From NCBI GenBank assembly GCA_001687465.1, contig LVLI01000118.1, positions 62,001 to 126,000 of the forward strand: a stretch of 64,000 bases of DNA. Reading direction: 5' to 3'. Below the pieces are notes generated by a model. It was given only the letters and a program-made list of their open reading frames with translations, did not search any database and was not told where the DNA came from. Below, in pieces: positions 24,095 through 36,014 of this stretch (positions within the stretch are counted from its first letter, which is position 1; each line of letters starts with the position of its first letter). The stretch comes from Halocafeteria seosinensis. Lineage: Eukaryota. Position numbers and translations under genes: made by a program.

Positions 24095-25082
24095 ATGTGT
24101 GCTCGTGTGAGTGGTGAGAAACGTGAGCACGGCGAGGAATCAGCGGCGTTCCCGGTCCCGCTCACCAAGAAACTCAAGGAGAAGCTGTCCTCTAATCTTA
24201 ATGAGCAAGTAGCGGCTGGGCCCAGTAATTTTGCTCGGAAACAACTGGAGAAATTTGGGTGGAAAGAGTACGTGTCCCTCCCTCCCATGGCTATGAGTGT
24301 TGTCGCTTCTCTGCCGGCTAGGGGTTGTAGTTCCATCGACAATTGATCTATGTATATGTATGCAGTGGAATGGGACTAGGCAAACAGAATCATGGACGTA
24401 GTTCCCATGTAAAAATCGATAAAAAAGAAGATTGCGAAGGTGTACGTATTTGTCCCGGGTTGTCTGGCCCTCTAGGGCCCGTGGTTCATTCTGGTTCTCG
24501 AACCCGCAGGTAGGGTTTAAAGAAAGCAAGCGTAGTGAATGGACTGACCAATGGTGGTATTCCGCGTATCAGTCCTCTCAGCTTAAAAATATTGGCGCAA
24601 GCGATTCGTCGAGTGATTCTGACAGCTCAGATTCGGAAACAGAAGAATCAAAACGACGGAAGCACAAGAGGAAGCATGCGCTCCATGCAGTCCCGACGGA
24701 CGAAGAACTGTTCCAAGCACTTGGAGGAGCTCGGTTCGGAATGAGGGCGCAATCTTCTCAGGCAGGAAAAATAAAGAGGTCGGAGGAATTATTTGAGTCA
24801 AATTACGCCAGCCAGAGTCGTCAATCGTCACAGATTGAAAACGGTACAACCACCGATGGGGGTCAAAGCACTTCAGCTGCTGGTGACAATCCCGAAACAC
24901 ATTTGGAGAAGCCTAAGAAGAAGAAGAAGAAGGGTAAGAAAAGAGAACTTACAAAGATCGATGAAGACAGTACGCAAAAGAGTGAGAAAACTACCTCAAA
25001 GATGAGGAAGAAAAAAAGGAAGAATGAAGATAAGAGAGCAACGAAGAACTTAGGAAAGCAGCAAGTCGCTGCAAGTTTGTAG
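24095..25082 (+). CDS. GPATCH4: G-patch domain protein, GPATCH4-like; exons 24095-24267, 24366-24441, 24510-25082
   Basis: Spliced G-patch NFARKQLEKFGWKDGMGLGKQNHG, then QWW..AY, TDEELFQALGG and a Lys-rich tail. Confidence 0.85.
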
Positions 25083-25273
25083 ACTGGAAAGATAATTTCT
25101 CACTTCTTAGATAGAGTATAGAGCAGTAGAACTGCGTTTCAGGATGTGGACAACCACGCATTGCATATACTGACAATAGGGAAGGATGAGCGAACACTGC
25201 GGAACAGTCTGTCTGATTACGCAAGGCAAATATATTCTCTTCGTGTTTGTGTGTGCATTTAAAGTCTACGATT

Positions 25274-28072
25274 CTATTCATTCTGTTGTAAAAGCTGCAC
25301 ATATCTGTTAAACCCATCTTCTCCGTAAAACACTTCCAGTCCAGTTGATGAAGTGGTAGGATCTGAAGACCTTAAGCCCTCGGAACCTGTTACCACCCAG
25401 AATTCTTTGCATACATCTTTTAGGAGGTCCTGATCGTGACTAATCAATAGAACAGCACCTGGGTACTCTTTAAGAGCTATTTTCAAGGCCTCGCGTGAAT
25501 CCATGTCCAAAAAGTTAGTAGGCTCATCGAGTAAGAGAATATGAGGACGGCTACAACTCACATCTGCGAAGACAACCCGAGAAAGTTGTCCCCCCGACAA
25601 CGTTCCCATAGGCCGGGTCGCTATTCCAGGGTGAACACCAAAAGCTGCGAGCTCAGCTCTTGCAGTTTGCTCGGATAAGTCGTGCTTCTGCTGAATGTGC
25701 TCAAGTGGAGTTTTATCCAACTGTAACCTATCGACATGGTGTTGCGCAAACATTGCCACACGAAGACTTGGTGGACAGTATACCTCCCCTTCTGTAGGAA
25801 ACAGCGTTTGTCGTATGAGATTGAGCAGTGTCGTCTTGCCCGAACCATTAGATCCAAGTATACCGATGCGGGAGTTGCGAGACAATGACGTATCTACCCT
25901 CCGAAATAAGTAAGGGCTATTCTCGTTCCAGCGGAAACTGACTTCGCGAATCTGAAGTAAAGGAGTGGCAGCGTCGGCCACATGTGAATCAGGAACACCA
26001 CTACCTGGGAACGAGAAACGAATCTCCGAGTCCACATGTTCTCGAACAGAACCAGCTGACATTTTCCCATTCTTCCAGCCGCCAGCATTGTCTGCTGCGG
26101 ATCCTAACCGTCGGGAGTGCTTTTGACCATTGAACTTTTTACCGTCCTCCGTTTTATCTAGTCCTACATGGAGCAATCGCAGTTTTCGTTGTCCCGCCTG
26201 CTTTAACTTTTTCTCATCACCTTTGGCTCGGGATAACTTCGTGCCTCCCGCTGTCACTTTTGCCTTATTCTTCACCGAAGCTGCCTTAGTCATCTTCTCA
26301 ATGGATGACTCCATTTGAGCTTTCCTCCGATCAAGATTATCTTGTAAGCGGTCCATCTTCTTTATCTTGTCTTCACGAGCTTTTTCGAAATCCGAATAAT
26401 TGCCAGGGTAGTACTTGAGTTGGTTCTGCTGCAAGTGAATAGTTTCTTCCACAACGGTATCTAGGAAAGCCCGGTCATGAGACACAACCACGACAGTGCC
26501 TTCATAATCGTTCAGATAGTCCTGAAGCCATAGTATGCCCTCAAGATCCAAGTGATTTGTCGGCTCATCTAGTAGCAGCACATCTGGCTTAATAAATAGC
26601 GCTTGTGCCAATGCCAGTCGCATTCTCCAGCCACCAGAAAGATTATTGGTTGGTGCACTGATCATGTCGGAAGTAAACCCCAACCCCCGTAAAATCATTT
26701 GTGCATCGCGGTCTTCCTCTTCTTCCGTCCGGAAAACTGCAAGTTTGTCCATCAGAACCTCGAGTTGCTGGGAAGATTCCGATGCAACATTTTCATTCTC
26801 CGTGCGGGAAGCAATTTCCATAAGACGCTCAACCTCGGCTTCTATCGCAGCTTTCCGGGAATCCGACGATTTTACCGATTCAAGAGTGGAAAGTTCCAAA
26901 GGAAGGGCCTCTTGTTGCACAAGCTGAATTCTAAGCTCTCGGGAGATACCCGGTACTTGATGTGCTGCTAAACGTTGCAACAATGTAGTCTTGCCTGCAC
27001 ATGTAGATTGAGAATTGAATATGATACTTGCATACTGTATAACATGTCTGCAGGTATACCTGTTCCATTGCGTCCTACTAGTCCATAATGGGTTCCATAG
27101 TGCAATCGTAGTACAGCCTGAGTTAGCAGCTCCGTAGGGCCATGCGTCAAAGTCAACTGGTGAACACAAATCTGCGAGCATCGGATAATAATGTGTCCAA
27201 AGTTCTTGCCAAAGCAATTATCAACCAATACAATCAAAGTAAACACAGCTTAAACGATAAGGTCTCTGTTCACGAATTATGGGTAAACAATATGTCTCTC
27301 TTACCTCTCTACTGTCACCACCAGCAGCCCCGTGTACTTCGCCACGCCAAGCTCCAGCAACAACTCCTTCTGTTATACCACCGTTCTCATCCTCAACAAT
27401 TCCCATTCGGCCATCGTTGCTGGACATTACTTCGGCACCTAATAGAGCGGCGCGCTTCATCTCTTCTGCGCTGACTGAAATTGTATGATGTCCTTCTTTC
27501 GTGCTTGCTAATACGGGAGCTGTGTCGCTATCACTACTTGAACTTGTAGTCTCCTGTTGGCTGTTCTTTCTCGCATGGCGCTCGACTCTCTCTTGCCTTT
27601 TCTTCTTCTTCAATTCCTCCTTAGACATGGCAGGCTTTTGCAGGGTATCATTGACAATGGCCTTCCCTGTAGCAGGGTTGACCCTAGCGAAACCCGAGGC
27701 TAAACCTGCGGAGTTGTTGAGCGGACTTGCTGTGGAACTAACCGAAGCCATTGATATCGATACTTTCGAGTTGGCATCAACGCTCTGACGCACGTTTGAT
27801 TGCTTGTGTGGAGCAACGTGATCTTTCGGTGATTCAGAACGATACACTATCCCAAGGAGTTTGTTAGCGATTTCTTCTCTGTCATCCGTCCTATCCTCCA
27901 GAAACATAGTGGCAGCTAGGATCTCGTCTAAGACTTGTTGGCGATTCATGGATTCTGTCTTGGTGCATTCTTGAATCTCAGAAAGCATTTCTACCATATA
28001 GTCGACTACCACCTCGTCGGCCTCAGGCGCCGCTGTTTCGAGTACACTTCTCACCTCTATCGAGGACGCCAT
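25274..28072 (-). CDS. ABCF: ABC-F family ATPase (GCN20/ABCF3-like), two NBDs and no TMD; exons 28072-27305, 27171-27060, 26994-25274
   Basis: Splicing restores Walker A YGLVGRNGTGKTTLL. Also LSGGWRMRLALA and LLLDEPTNHLD; second NBD GSNGSGKTT, LSGGQ, LDEPTNFLD. Confidence 0.95.
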
Positions 28073-29177
28073 GATTCTCTCTCCAATCAAAAGATGCGCT
28101 TCTTACTACTTCTTTTTTTGTCTCTTTCGCCTCTACTTATTGCCAAACCTAAACACGCTACGTGCTGCGAACACCCTAATCTGAACAATCCAGATTATAT
28201 CACTAATACTGTCCATAAGATAGGGTATCTCCGGCAACTTCAACATACAACTTTTCACACACGTGACACCTGACACACCTCGGCGTTACACGCCACATGA
28301 GGAGTTTACTTTCGTCGTAGCCTTCAAGTGAAAGGCGGTACGAACGTGGGACTCTTTGGCCCGTAAAATGGCGTTGGAATGGAAAGGATCAAGGAAGTAT
28401 CGAGAGAGTAAACGCTGGCTCATTTCGGTGCAGTGCTACTGGAGCTCGCTAACTTCACATAACTTGCAGTCCACGCTGTTCGTAGCAGACTATCAACTCT
28501 CTACACCAAGAAATACACTTCCTAGTCTATTTCGACGTATTTTTGTGTGCTGTAATGCTAGGTACTCATGGTTCGTACTTCCAAGGACCAGGACCGTCAT
28601 TCATCTATCGGTGTTACTCTGGCGGAGTTGGTCGCTAACAAGAGTGCATTGACCGCTTCAAAGAGTGCAATCTAAGAAACCGGCATGTATATAGCTAGTC
28701 GTATAGGTCTTGTTCTGTGCATTTTCGTCCTGAGCATTGTCACTCCACGGATGCTCCTGTAGCGTTGGTGGAAGTCTCATGAGTGTCCAATCAGGTGTGA
28801 TCACAAAGGAACGAAGATCTTGCGTGTATCTGCGAAAGCCACTTCCGATGGAATACCACAAACTGGCCTCAAATGTGCATTCCTAAGGGTTGGACCATTC
28901 CCAACAAAGTAATCAGCTACGAAAGCTCCAAACTTGCGGGGTAGATTCGAAGTCGACGGAAAGATTGCTGCAAGGTTATTCGCAAAGGAGGATATATGCC
29001 TCTCCTCTGTCTTATCCAGGAACCATTGAGCATGTTGACATACTTTCTATGTTCTTTATGTGCTTCTGTTCTATTTGTGTATATGGGTGGAACTCCTCCC
29101 GGGAGGTCATACACATGGGAGAGCAAGAAAACAAGCTCTTCCACGTTCTACGTTATTCTGCTGTATATTAGACCACT

Positions 29178-31073
29178 ATGAGCCATTCTCAATCGAGTGG
29201 TGATCAAAAGAGTGAGGCACATACATCTACTGTAGACACAGATAGGAGTGAAACAACTGAAAACAGCATGGCAAACTACAGTAATGGTACTAGCGATGTA
29301 TCTCAGGGAAAAGCCGCTCGTGGCAAAGAGGAGGATGACGGGAAGTCCCATGGTTCAGATACCGTTAGTACCACTATGTCCATCATGGCAGCACTATTTT
29401 ACGGTAGCATGTCTGTGTCTTTGTCCCTGGTCAACAAGGTACGTTGGGATATCGACTTTACAGCTCTTGTCCCCAGGGCACTCTTGGTGATGCTTACGCT
29501 TAAAACTTTTCGTTTAATGTCGAATGCAGTATATACTAACAAACTTTAGGTTCGATGCCGTGTTCACACTATTTGCTTTACAAGCTTTCATGGTCGTTGC
29601 GTTTCTATCGGCTGTCAAGGTAAGTTTTCGTGACGAGATATTCGTATGTCGCAGGCGACTAACACTTCTGTCAATTTGCAGGTGGTGGCCAAAATAGTTC
29701 AACACTTCTCCAAAACAACAACTCTAAAAATCATTGATGATTTCCTACCGCCACTGAACCTGAACTTAAGCAAAGAGGCGGTCTTGCCGGCTCTCTGTGC
29801 CGCCAGTAACACTATTCTTAGTCTAGTTGGATATAGAATCTCCTCTATTCCGGCATTCCAAGCAGTGCGGCGGACAAGTCCTTTGTTTACTATGGTAATC
29901 GGCGCAATCTTTTTCCGGAAGAACTCGATGAACATTTCCGGAGGGTAAGTACTGATGTGCCGTAGTCGTGGTTGACAACGAGGAAGTATCTTGCATTTCT
30001 GGGATATGCAGTGTAGCTATTGCGATGTTGGTCATAGGTGCATATTTAGGAGTTGATGATTCGTTTCGCGGTGGCTATCATGGAGTCGTGTGTGCTCTAG
30101 CCAACAATGTTATGACATCGTTAACATTTTTGATGGTCAAGAAGCTGACCGATCGGACTAGTCTCTCGGCACTGGGGGTTTGCTACTATAACTCAGCCAT
30201 TGCGTTCCCGTTTGCCGTCGTAGCTTTGTTCTTTTTCGACGAGCACACGTATTTAGCTGACTATTTAGCTCAAAACGACGGAACTACAGAAGATGTACGT
30301 GGGCTAGTCTTACAGTGAGACTGTTAATGTGGGTGACTTGATACTTGTATAGTTTGCAGGGATTCACACTAACTATTCTAACATCATGTCTATTCGGACT
30401 CCTTCTAAACTTGAGCTCTTTTATCTGTGTCATGTATACAAGTGCCTTGGCTACTACTGTTGTTGGATGCGTGAAGGATATGGCACTAACCAGCTTAAGT
30501 AAGCGTGCATCTAAGAGGATCTGCTCTTCAGGGGCTTACTTGCACTATACCAATTGTCCTGCAGGTATACTGTTCTTTTCTGATTTTGTTCCGACATGGA
30601 TAAACACGTTCGGACTTTCACTCTCATTCGTAGGAAGTGGCATCTATGGCTGGGCACGTTACAATTCTGGTGAACAACAAAAAGACAGTCCTGCGCCCCT
30701 CACTGCCTCTTACGATGGTTATGAAGAAGATGTGGAAAACGTACCGTTCCTTGATAAAGACCCAGGGGTATCCAAGGGAGATACGAAGGAAAATACTTCC
30801 GAAGCACCTCGTCGCAGCCCGGATGATGGCTACGTCGCCTACTTAGTGGACTCTCTATCAGACTGCCACTTATGGTCGGGGAGTGAACCCAGAAAGCAAC
30901 GGAGATACCCGAAGCATAACCGCAACAGATCCGATGAGCAAAGGTTTGCGGAATTTGAATCCTCGGATTACGAGGAAGGCGGTCCACAATTACGTTATCG
31001 CCACTATGGTGACTCTGATGCCGCTGAGGTTACAGCACCGTCTACGCAAGCATCAGAGCGGATTAGCCCCTAG
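29178..31073 (+). CDS. Nucleotide-sugar transporter (SLC35D/TPT-like DMT family); exons 29178-29438, 29530-29619, 29682-29944, 30012-30294, 30360-30498, 30565-31073
   Basis: Spliced ALFYGSMSVSLSLVNKYILTNFRF, SIPAFQAVRRTSPLFTM, YYNS, TSALATTVVGCVKD, GLSLSFVGSGIY. All five introns are phase-consistent. Confidence 0.9.
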
Positions 31074-34000
31074 GCTTCTGCGAAAGTGTTGACGTATCTG
31101 TCAAAAACACTTGGAGACCTGCCTGCTTGCTCGTTCGTTGCATCCTTTACTGGAGACCTGGACGACATTTTGCTAGTCGCTCCTGGCAAGCCATTTTTCG
31201 AGGAGCTACTACACTTGGGTGGGTTTATGTTTTTCAGGCGAGAACGTTGAAGCGCGTTTTGACGTACGGCCTTCCGCGTTAGACCTACACCGTCAGCGAC
31301 GTCTGTAGGAGGCAAGCATGGCTCTGTTGCTCCCCCTTCTGGTGCAGGGGGACCGGCTGGAGACGTGTATACCAATGATGAGACAGTTGCAGCGACGCTC
31401 TGTAACCAAGTCGGTCCTCTCGTATGATGCTCCCGTGTGTCCGAATTCACACGCGTCGATGTAGAAGAGGTTTTTTCTCGTTCAGTGACGTAACCAAGCT
31501 CCTTTCTGAGTTGGGAAGCTTGAGTCGGAGAAAACTCTTCGTTTGCTTCCATCTCGTCGACGAGCTGGGTAGCTGTTTTGCCTCTGTCATTAAGTGCGTT
31601 GACGTCGGCTCCAACTTCCAATAGTGTTGATATTGCTGAGATGTTGTTTGCAGTGACTGCTATATGTAAAGGACAGTCACCTTCCGAGTTCTTTAGATTC
31701 CTATCACAACCGCTTTTAGCCAGCGCACGAATGCATTCTCTATTGCCCTCGGAAAATCGCTTGTTCAGAACAAGAATGTGAATACCACCATTTCCTAAAG
31801 AATCTAACGCGTTCAGAGCACGAAGCAAAATTTCCTCTCCATTCTTTTTTCTTTCTGCCGCTATGAGCGCCTCCAGTATACCCGGATCCCCTTTGAAGCA
31901 CACCGTATGGATCGGATTCATATTGCGCTGTCCCTCATCCACACAGTCACTCAGCGGTGGAAGCGTGGGTGATGCAATCAGTGCGTTGATTTTTGTCACT
32001 TTTCCTTGTTTGATTGCTTTCCGCAGCTTTTGTATACATCTCTTTCTATCTTCAGCACTTTCAGGATAGAGGTCCGCTTCACTAGGCCGTTGTTGTTCCC
32101 GCTCCGCTACTTTGCTGAAAAAGGTTGTCCATATTTCTAATTGTCGATTTTCCTTCCCCAATTCGACGGCCTTTTCCACTTCCTTGACGTTCTCTGGCCT
32201 CTCTTGTGGAACTCCAATAGTATCATCTCCGGATACCTCTGACGTTTCCCTAACACTTGCTTCCGGAAGATACCACACTGACTCCTCGGTATCACAATTC
32301 CAGTAGTAAAGCTCGTCGTCAGCTGTTAAGCACCCTATCCACGGATGGAGGTTCATATTGTGTTCGACTAAATAATCAAGTTGAGCAGATTGGAAATTAT
32401 CAAGGATGCCGTTCTTGCGTAGCATTACGTCAACAATTTCCGATGGTGTAGTCATAGCAACAACAAATGGGTCTGCAGGGGTATCGGCTCCTTCACCTGG
32501 ATACGCCCAGTGTTTATCACAGACACAGTTAGGGAACGAAAATCGGCGCTTGGGGACTCCTCGAGGCCCAGTGAACAACGATTCCTCGTAGCCACCAGTT
32601 GAGTTCCCCGGAAAACTGGTCCCAATGCTAGTACTCGGAGCCACTGACATCATCTCCACGGTGGTACAAAGGTGCAGATTTGATGCTTCTGGAAGTGCTT
32701 GTTCTCTTAGCTGAACCACATCAATGTTTTCTTCGCAACAAGAAATCCTACCAAGTTTCCGTAACTGATTGTTACTTGCAGTTTCCCGGTCTTGCAAAAC
32801 GTCGGCGGCAGCGTCGATGGCAGTAACGAGATGGGTGCTACGGTCTAGTTTCTCTCCTTTAGGAGGAACATACTGGAATATCCCAACACTTTCCAGTTCC
32901 AGAATAGGGTTGTATGGAACAATACTACAGTGGCCAGTGCTTGATAAGGACAGACCTCGTACACTACTTTCACCAATGTGACGCCTCTCACTATCCGGTT
33001 CATGATTAGTAGGCAAGATAGAGAGGTCTGAGTCAGGTGCGTGACAACGAGATAACAATTTTCCCGTATTAACGTTTTTATTTTCGCTGAAAAGCGATTT
33101 CCTGATTTCAAGTCTGCTAGCGCCGCCAAACTCGGACTGCGATCTGTCCAGATGGTGCGTTTCGTGGTCCTGACATACGAGAAGTAGCAAGGCGCTACGG
33201 TTCAGATTGAATGCCAGACTTGCGGATGTAGCACCATCAGACGCAGAAATTTCAAACCGCGCGCCTTGCTGAATGAGGAACTCAACCACTGTTTTCTCGT
33301 TGAGTACCATTGCCAGGTGTCCCGGAGTAACTCCGTACGTACATGCAGTGTTGACTCCTACCCCGCACTGTATAAGGAAGGATAGTTCCTGGATAATTTC
33401 CTCTGGATCCTTTCCTGGAGTAAAAATATGCTTGGCAAGTACCCCCATTATAGCGTTAGATCCTTGTATAGTCAACGCTGAAACATCAGCGCCGTGATAG
33501 TGCAGTTGACGAATTAAGTGCTCTGAATAGTCGCTGAGTAAAGTAGCAGAAATAAATGTAGTGGATCCGCTACAGTCGATTCCATTGATTGCCGCTCCGT
33601 TACTGCATAGAATATCGATTCCCTGCATATATGCTCCTCTCACAGCATATTGCAGAGGAGTATCTCCTTGATCGTTCACAGCTGTAACGACAGCTCCTCG
33701 ATGAATCTCATCCAATATAGCTTCCTCAGACACGTACCCGTAGCTCGTGAGAGCATGCAATCGAGAGTCGCCGGGAACAAATGACACTGGAGGGTTATTA
33801 GCAACGATGTACTGGTATGCCAAATTATGTAAACAGTGGAAGACGGAAGGAGACACTTTGGCGACTTCGTCTGGAACGAGCGTTCGAGCAGCATTTTTCG
33901 ACGCCTCTGATGTTAACGATCCATCAGCTCTTGATTCACGAGTGAGTAGTGAAGAATTATACGGCGCCTTCTTTCTCAATTGGTTAGTGGGTCGTGGAGA

Positions 34001-34300
34001 AAGCTTCCGAGGGTGTATCGCATTTGATACGACATGCCGCTGCTTCCGGGGCCGAGGTGTGTTATTCAGCGGAGAGTAAAACGTCTCCTTCAAAGTGGGG
34101 CTTGCAGACGAATACGGGCTATAAAACTGCTCCGAACTAGCCCCAGGTGTGAATTCCATTCCATTATTTAAGGGAGAGTGCGTCGGGGTCAAAATCCTGT
34201 CGTCATAGTGGTACCCAGCGTTGTAGCCGTTGCCATTATAGGAATGTAGATAGTCGGTTGTCGATGCCGACGAAGCAGCAGACCAGGGCGAACTGTTCAT
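31070..34300 (-). CDS. Ankyrin repeat - WW - ankyrin repeat protein
   Basis: Ankyrin motifs GDTPLQYAV, GVTPGHLA, GDCPLHIAV, GADVNALN; central WW PWIGCLTADDELYYWNCDTEESVWYLP. First ATG at 34300. Confidence 0.9.
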   Translation of the reverse strand: MNSSPWSAASSASTTDYLHSYNGNGYNAGYHYDDRILTPTHSPLNNGMEFTPGASSEQFYSPYSSASPTLKETFYSPLNNTPRPRKQRHVVSNAIHPRKLSPRPTNQLRKKAPYNSSLLTRESRADGSLTSEASKNAARTLVPDEVAKVSPSVFHCLHNLAYQYIVANNPPVSFVPGDSRLHALTSYGYVSEEAILDEIHRGAVVTAVNDQGDTPLQYAVRGAYMQGIDILCSNGAAINGIDCSGSTTFISATLLSDYSEHLIRQLHYHGADVSALTIQGSNAIMGVLAKHIFTPGKDPEEIIQELSFLIQCGVGVNTACTYGVTPGHLAMVLNEKTVVEFLIQQGARFEISASDGATSASLAFNLNRSALLLLVCQDHETHHLDRSQSEFGGASRLEIRKSLFSENKNVNTGKLLSRCHAPDSDLSILPTNHEPDSERRHIGESSVRGLSLSSTGHCSIVPYNPILELESVGIFQYVPPKGEKLDRSTHLVTAIDAAADVLQDRETASNNQLRKLGRISCCEENIDVVQLREQALPEASNLHLCTTVEMMSVAPSTSIGTSFPGNSTGGYEESLFTGPRGVPKRRFSFPNCVCDKHWAYPGEGADTPADPFVVAMTTPSEIVDVMLRKNGILDNFQSAQLDYLVEHNMNLHPWIGCLTADDELYYWNCDTEESVWYLPEASVRETSEVSGDDTIGVPQERPENVKEVEKAVELGKENRQLEIWTTFFSKVAEREQQRPSEADLYPESAEDRKRCIQKLRKAIKQGKVTKINALIASPTLPPLSDCVDEGQRNMNPIHTVCFKGDPGILEALIAAERKKNGEEILLRALNALDSLGNGGIHILVLNKRFSEGNRECIRALAKSGCDRNLKNSEGDCPLHIAVTANNISAISTLLEVGADVNALNDRGKTATQLVDEMEANEEFSPTQASQLRKELGYVTEREKTSSTSTRVNSDTREHHTRGPTWLQSVAATVSSLVYTSPAGPPAPEGGATEPCLPPTDVADGVGLTRKAVRQNALQRSRLKNINPPKCSSSSKNGLPGATSKMSSRSPVKDATNEQAGRSPSVFDRYVNTFAEA

Positions 34301-34658
34301 CTTCCCTTTTTGTTGGTAATAGCACGCACTCTTGGACAATTCTTGAAGCAATGTAGTGACAATCAACGGCCGTAACGAACTTGAAGATCATCACGATTCA
34401 TGAGTTACTCTGAGCTTACTCATGAGTCATAACTTATTTCACAACGAAATTCACAGTGCCGCATACCTCGGATCACGATTCTCAAAGTCCCCTGTTTAAT
34501 TTCATCTAACTATCAACTCATTGGGGGCTAGTGGACGGTAATTGAGAATTTTAAAGGATAAAGTATCGAAGTAAGTCATTGCATTCACTGCTACATAGAA
34601 ACAAATTTTCCGCTAAGCGAGAATCCTTGCCAGACGTGATGCTGAGTGAAGGTAGTGT

Positions 34659-35732
34659 TTACGCATCGGCCATGAAATCCTCCAACGGAGGAGTTCTAGG
34701 CCGTACTGGATTGTCGGACTTCTCCATTCGCGGTTCTCTCTCCATAGTTCGTTTGCTTTTATACAAGCTACTCTGAGAAAAGTGCTCCGCTCTCTCGCGT
34801 TCTCCAAAAGGTGATGAAATGTATAAAATCTTCGGCGAATGGTCTGCTGACCATTCAACTTGATTAGGTTTCCTTCTTACTGTCGCGTTATTTGACTTTC
34901 TTCTACTGCGAAGTAACTCATCGAGTGCTCTATAGCTAAATGGACGGACCGTGGGAGACATACTGCTGGTTGCATTCGTTAAATTGCACTTCCCAAACTT
35001 GGTGCCTCCATCTTTGTCAAAGTCGTCATACACTTTAAGTCCTTTCATACTGTTGTTCAAATATTGTCTGTAGGAGCGTCTATGTTTCTTGAATTCCGAA
35101 ATCATTTCTCTGCACTCTTTCTTATATTGCTCAATTTTGGTGTCTTTGGCAATCCCTGGGCGCATGCGAGCAATCATTCGCTGTGTCTGCAGAATGTTTT
35201 GCTGATCTATGAAAGCCTCTGATACCTGACTCCCTTCAGAAGGGTTCTTGGTGTGTGGTATGCAATTCAGGTACTTCTGGACTCGGGACGTGTAGTGGTG
35301 TGGCTCACGCTTTTCTGAGGGACTTTTGTCGTTCTTCCGTTGAGCATTGGAGTATCTGCCTACTACGTCAACGTAATCCTCTTCTTCTTCATCTGCTTCC
35401 GTTGATGACTCAGAGTGTACCTCTTCTTCGACTAATGAGTGTCGCAAGTCTTCATCAACTCCATTTAGCAGTTGATCTTGCAGCCACTCGTTGAATTCTT
35501 TATCCGGGTCAACAGGATAGTCATTCTTTGAAGAGCTATTTGGTCTGCTCTTACGTTGAGATTCGCGTGGTCCGTCGCTTTGGACCTCAGGTTTGATGGG
35601 GGTAAAGTTTAGAGGCTTGATTAGGCTCTCCTGAAGGTCTTTGTCTACACCGCTCAATAGTTCAGCTTTGAGGGACTTTATATAGTTTGGACTAAGGGCT
35701 TTCTTTCTCTTTGGAGTACGCGAGTGGTCCAT
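34659..35732 (-). CDS. Hypothetical hydrophilic protein (357 aa) with a duplicated helical motif
   Basis: Intact ATG-started ORF; motif LxxxLLxGVDxDLxxSL occurs twice. Confidence 0.75.
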   Translation of the reverse strand: MDHSRTPKRKKALSPNYIKSLKAELLSGVDKDLQESLIKPLNFTPIKPEVQSDGPRESQRKSRPNSSSKNDYPVDPDKEFNEWLQDQLLNGVDEDLRHSLVEEEVHSESSTEADEEEEDYVDVVGRYSNAQRKNDKSPSEKREPHHYTSRVQKYLNCIPHTKNPSEGSQVSEAFIDQQNILQTQRMIARMRPGIAKDTKIEQYKKECREMISEFKKHRRSYRQYLNNSMKGLKVYDDFDKDGGTKFGKCNLTNATSSMSPTVRPFSYRALDELLRSRRKSNNATVRRKPNQVEWSADHSPKILYISSPFGERERAEHFSQSSLYKSKRTMEREPRMEKSDNPVRPRTPPLEDFMADA

Positions 35733-36014
35733 GATTTCTGCCTATGTAGCCGGTGTCAACGGTCCGTTGTTGCCTCCGAAGGCTACAGATTTGGTATTAC
35801 GAAAGAACCATAGTGGTAAAGACAGTTGTGTTGTTGCTGGGAAGGTTGACCTTAAATTCCGTCTACAAACTGCTGAAATTAGACTCATTGAAGAGGATTT
35901 CCACGATGACGTTGCTATACGGTAGTGCTACCCAACTTCACAACTACAAAAAATGAAGCTACGCCGGGACGTGACGTCCAGAACTCCGGACTCTATAGGG
36001 TGTAAAATATTAGG

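Noticed and set aside
28290..29144. Possible multi-exon minus-strand gene (MEELVFLLSH...)
   Set aside because: Splice-like sites exist, but I could not build a consistent model. The ATG is only ~33 nt from the divergent transporter start. Left unresolved.
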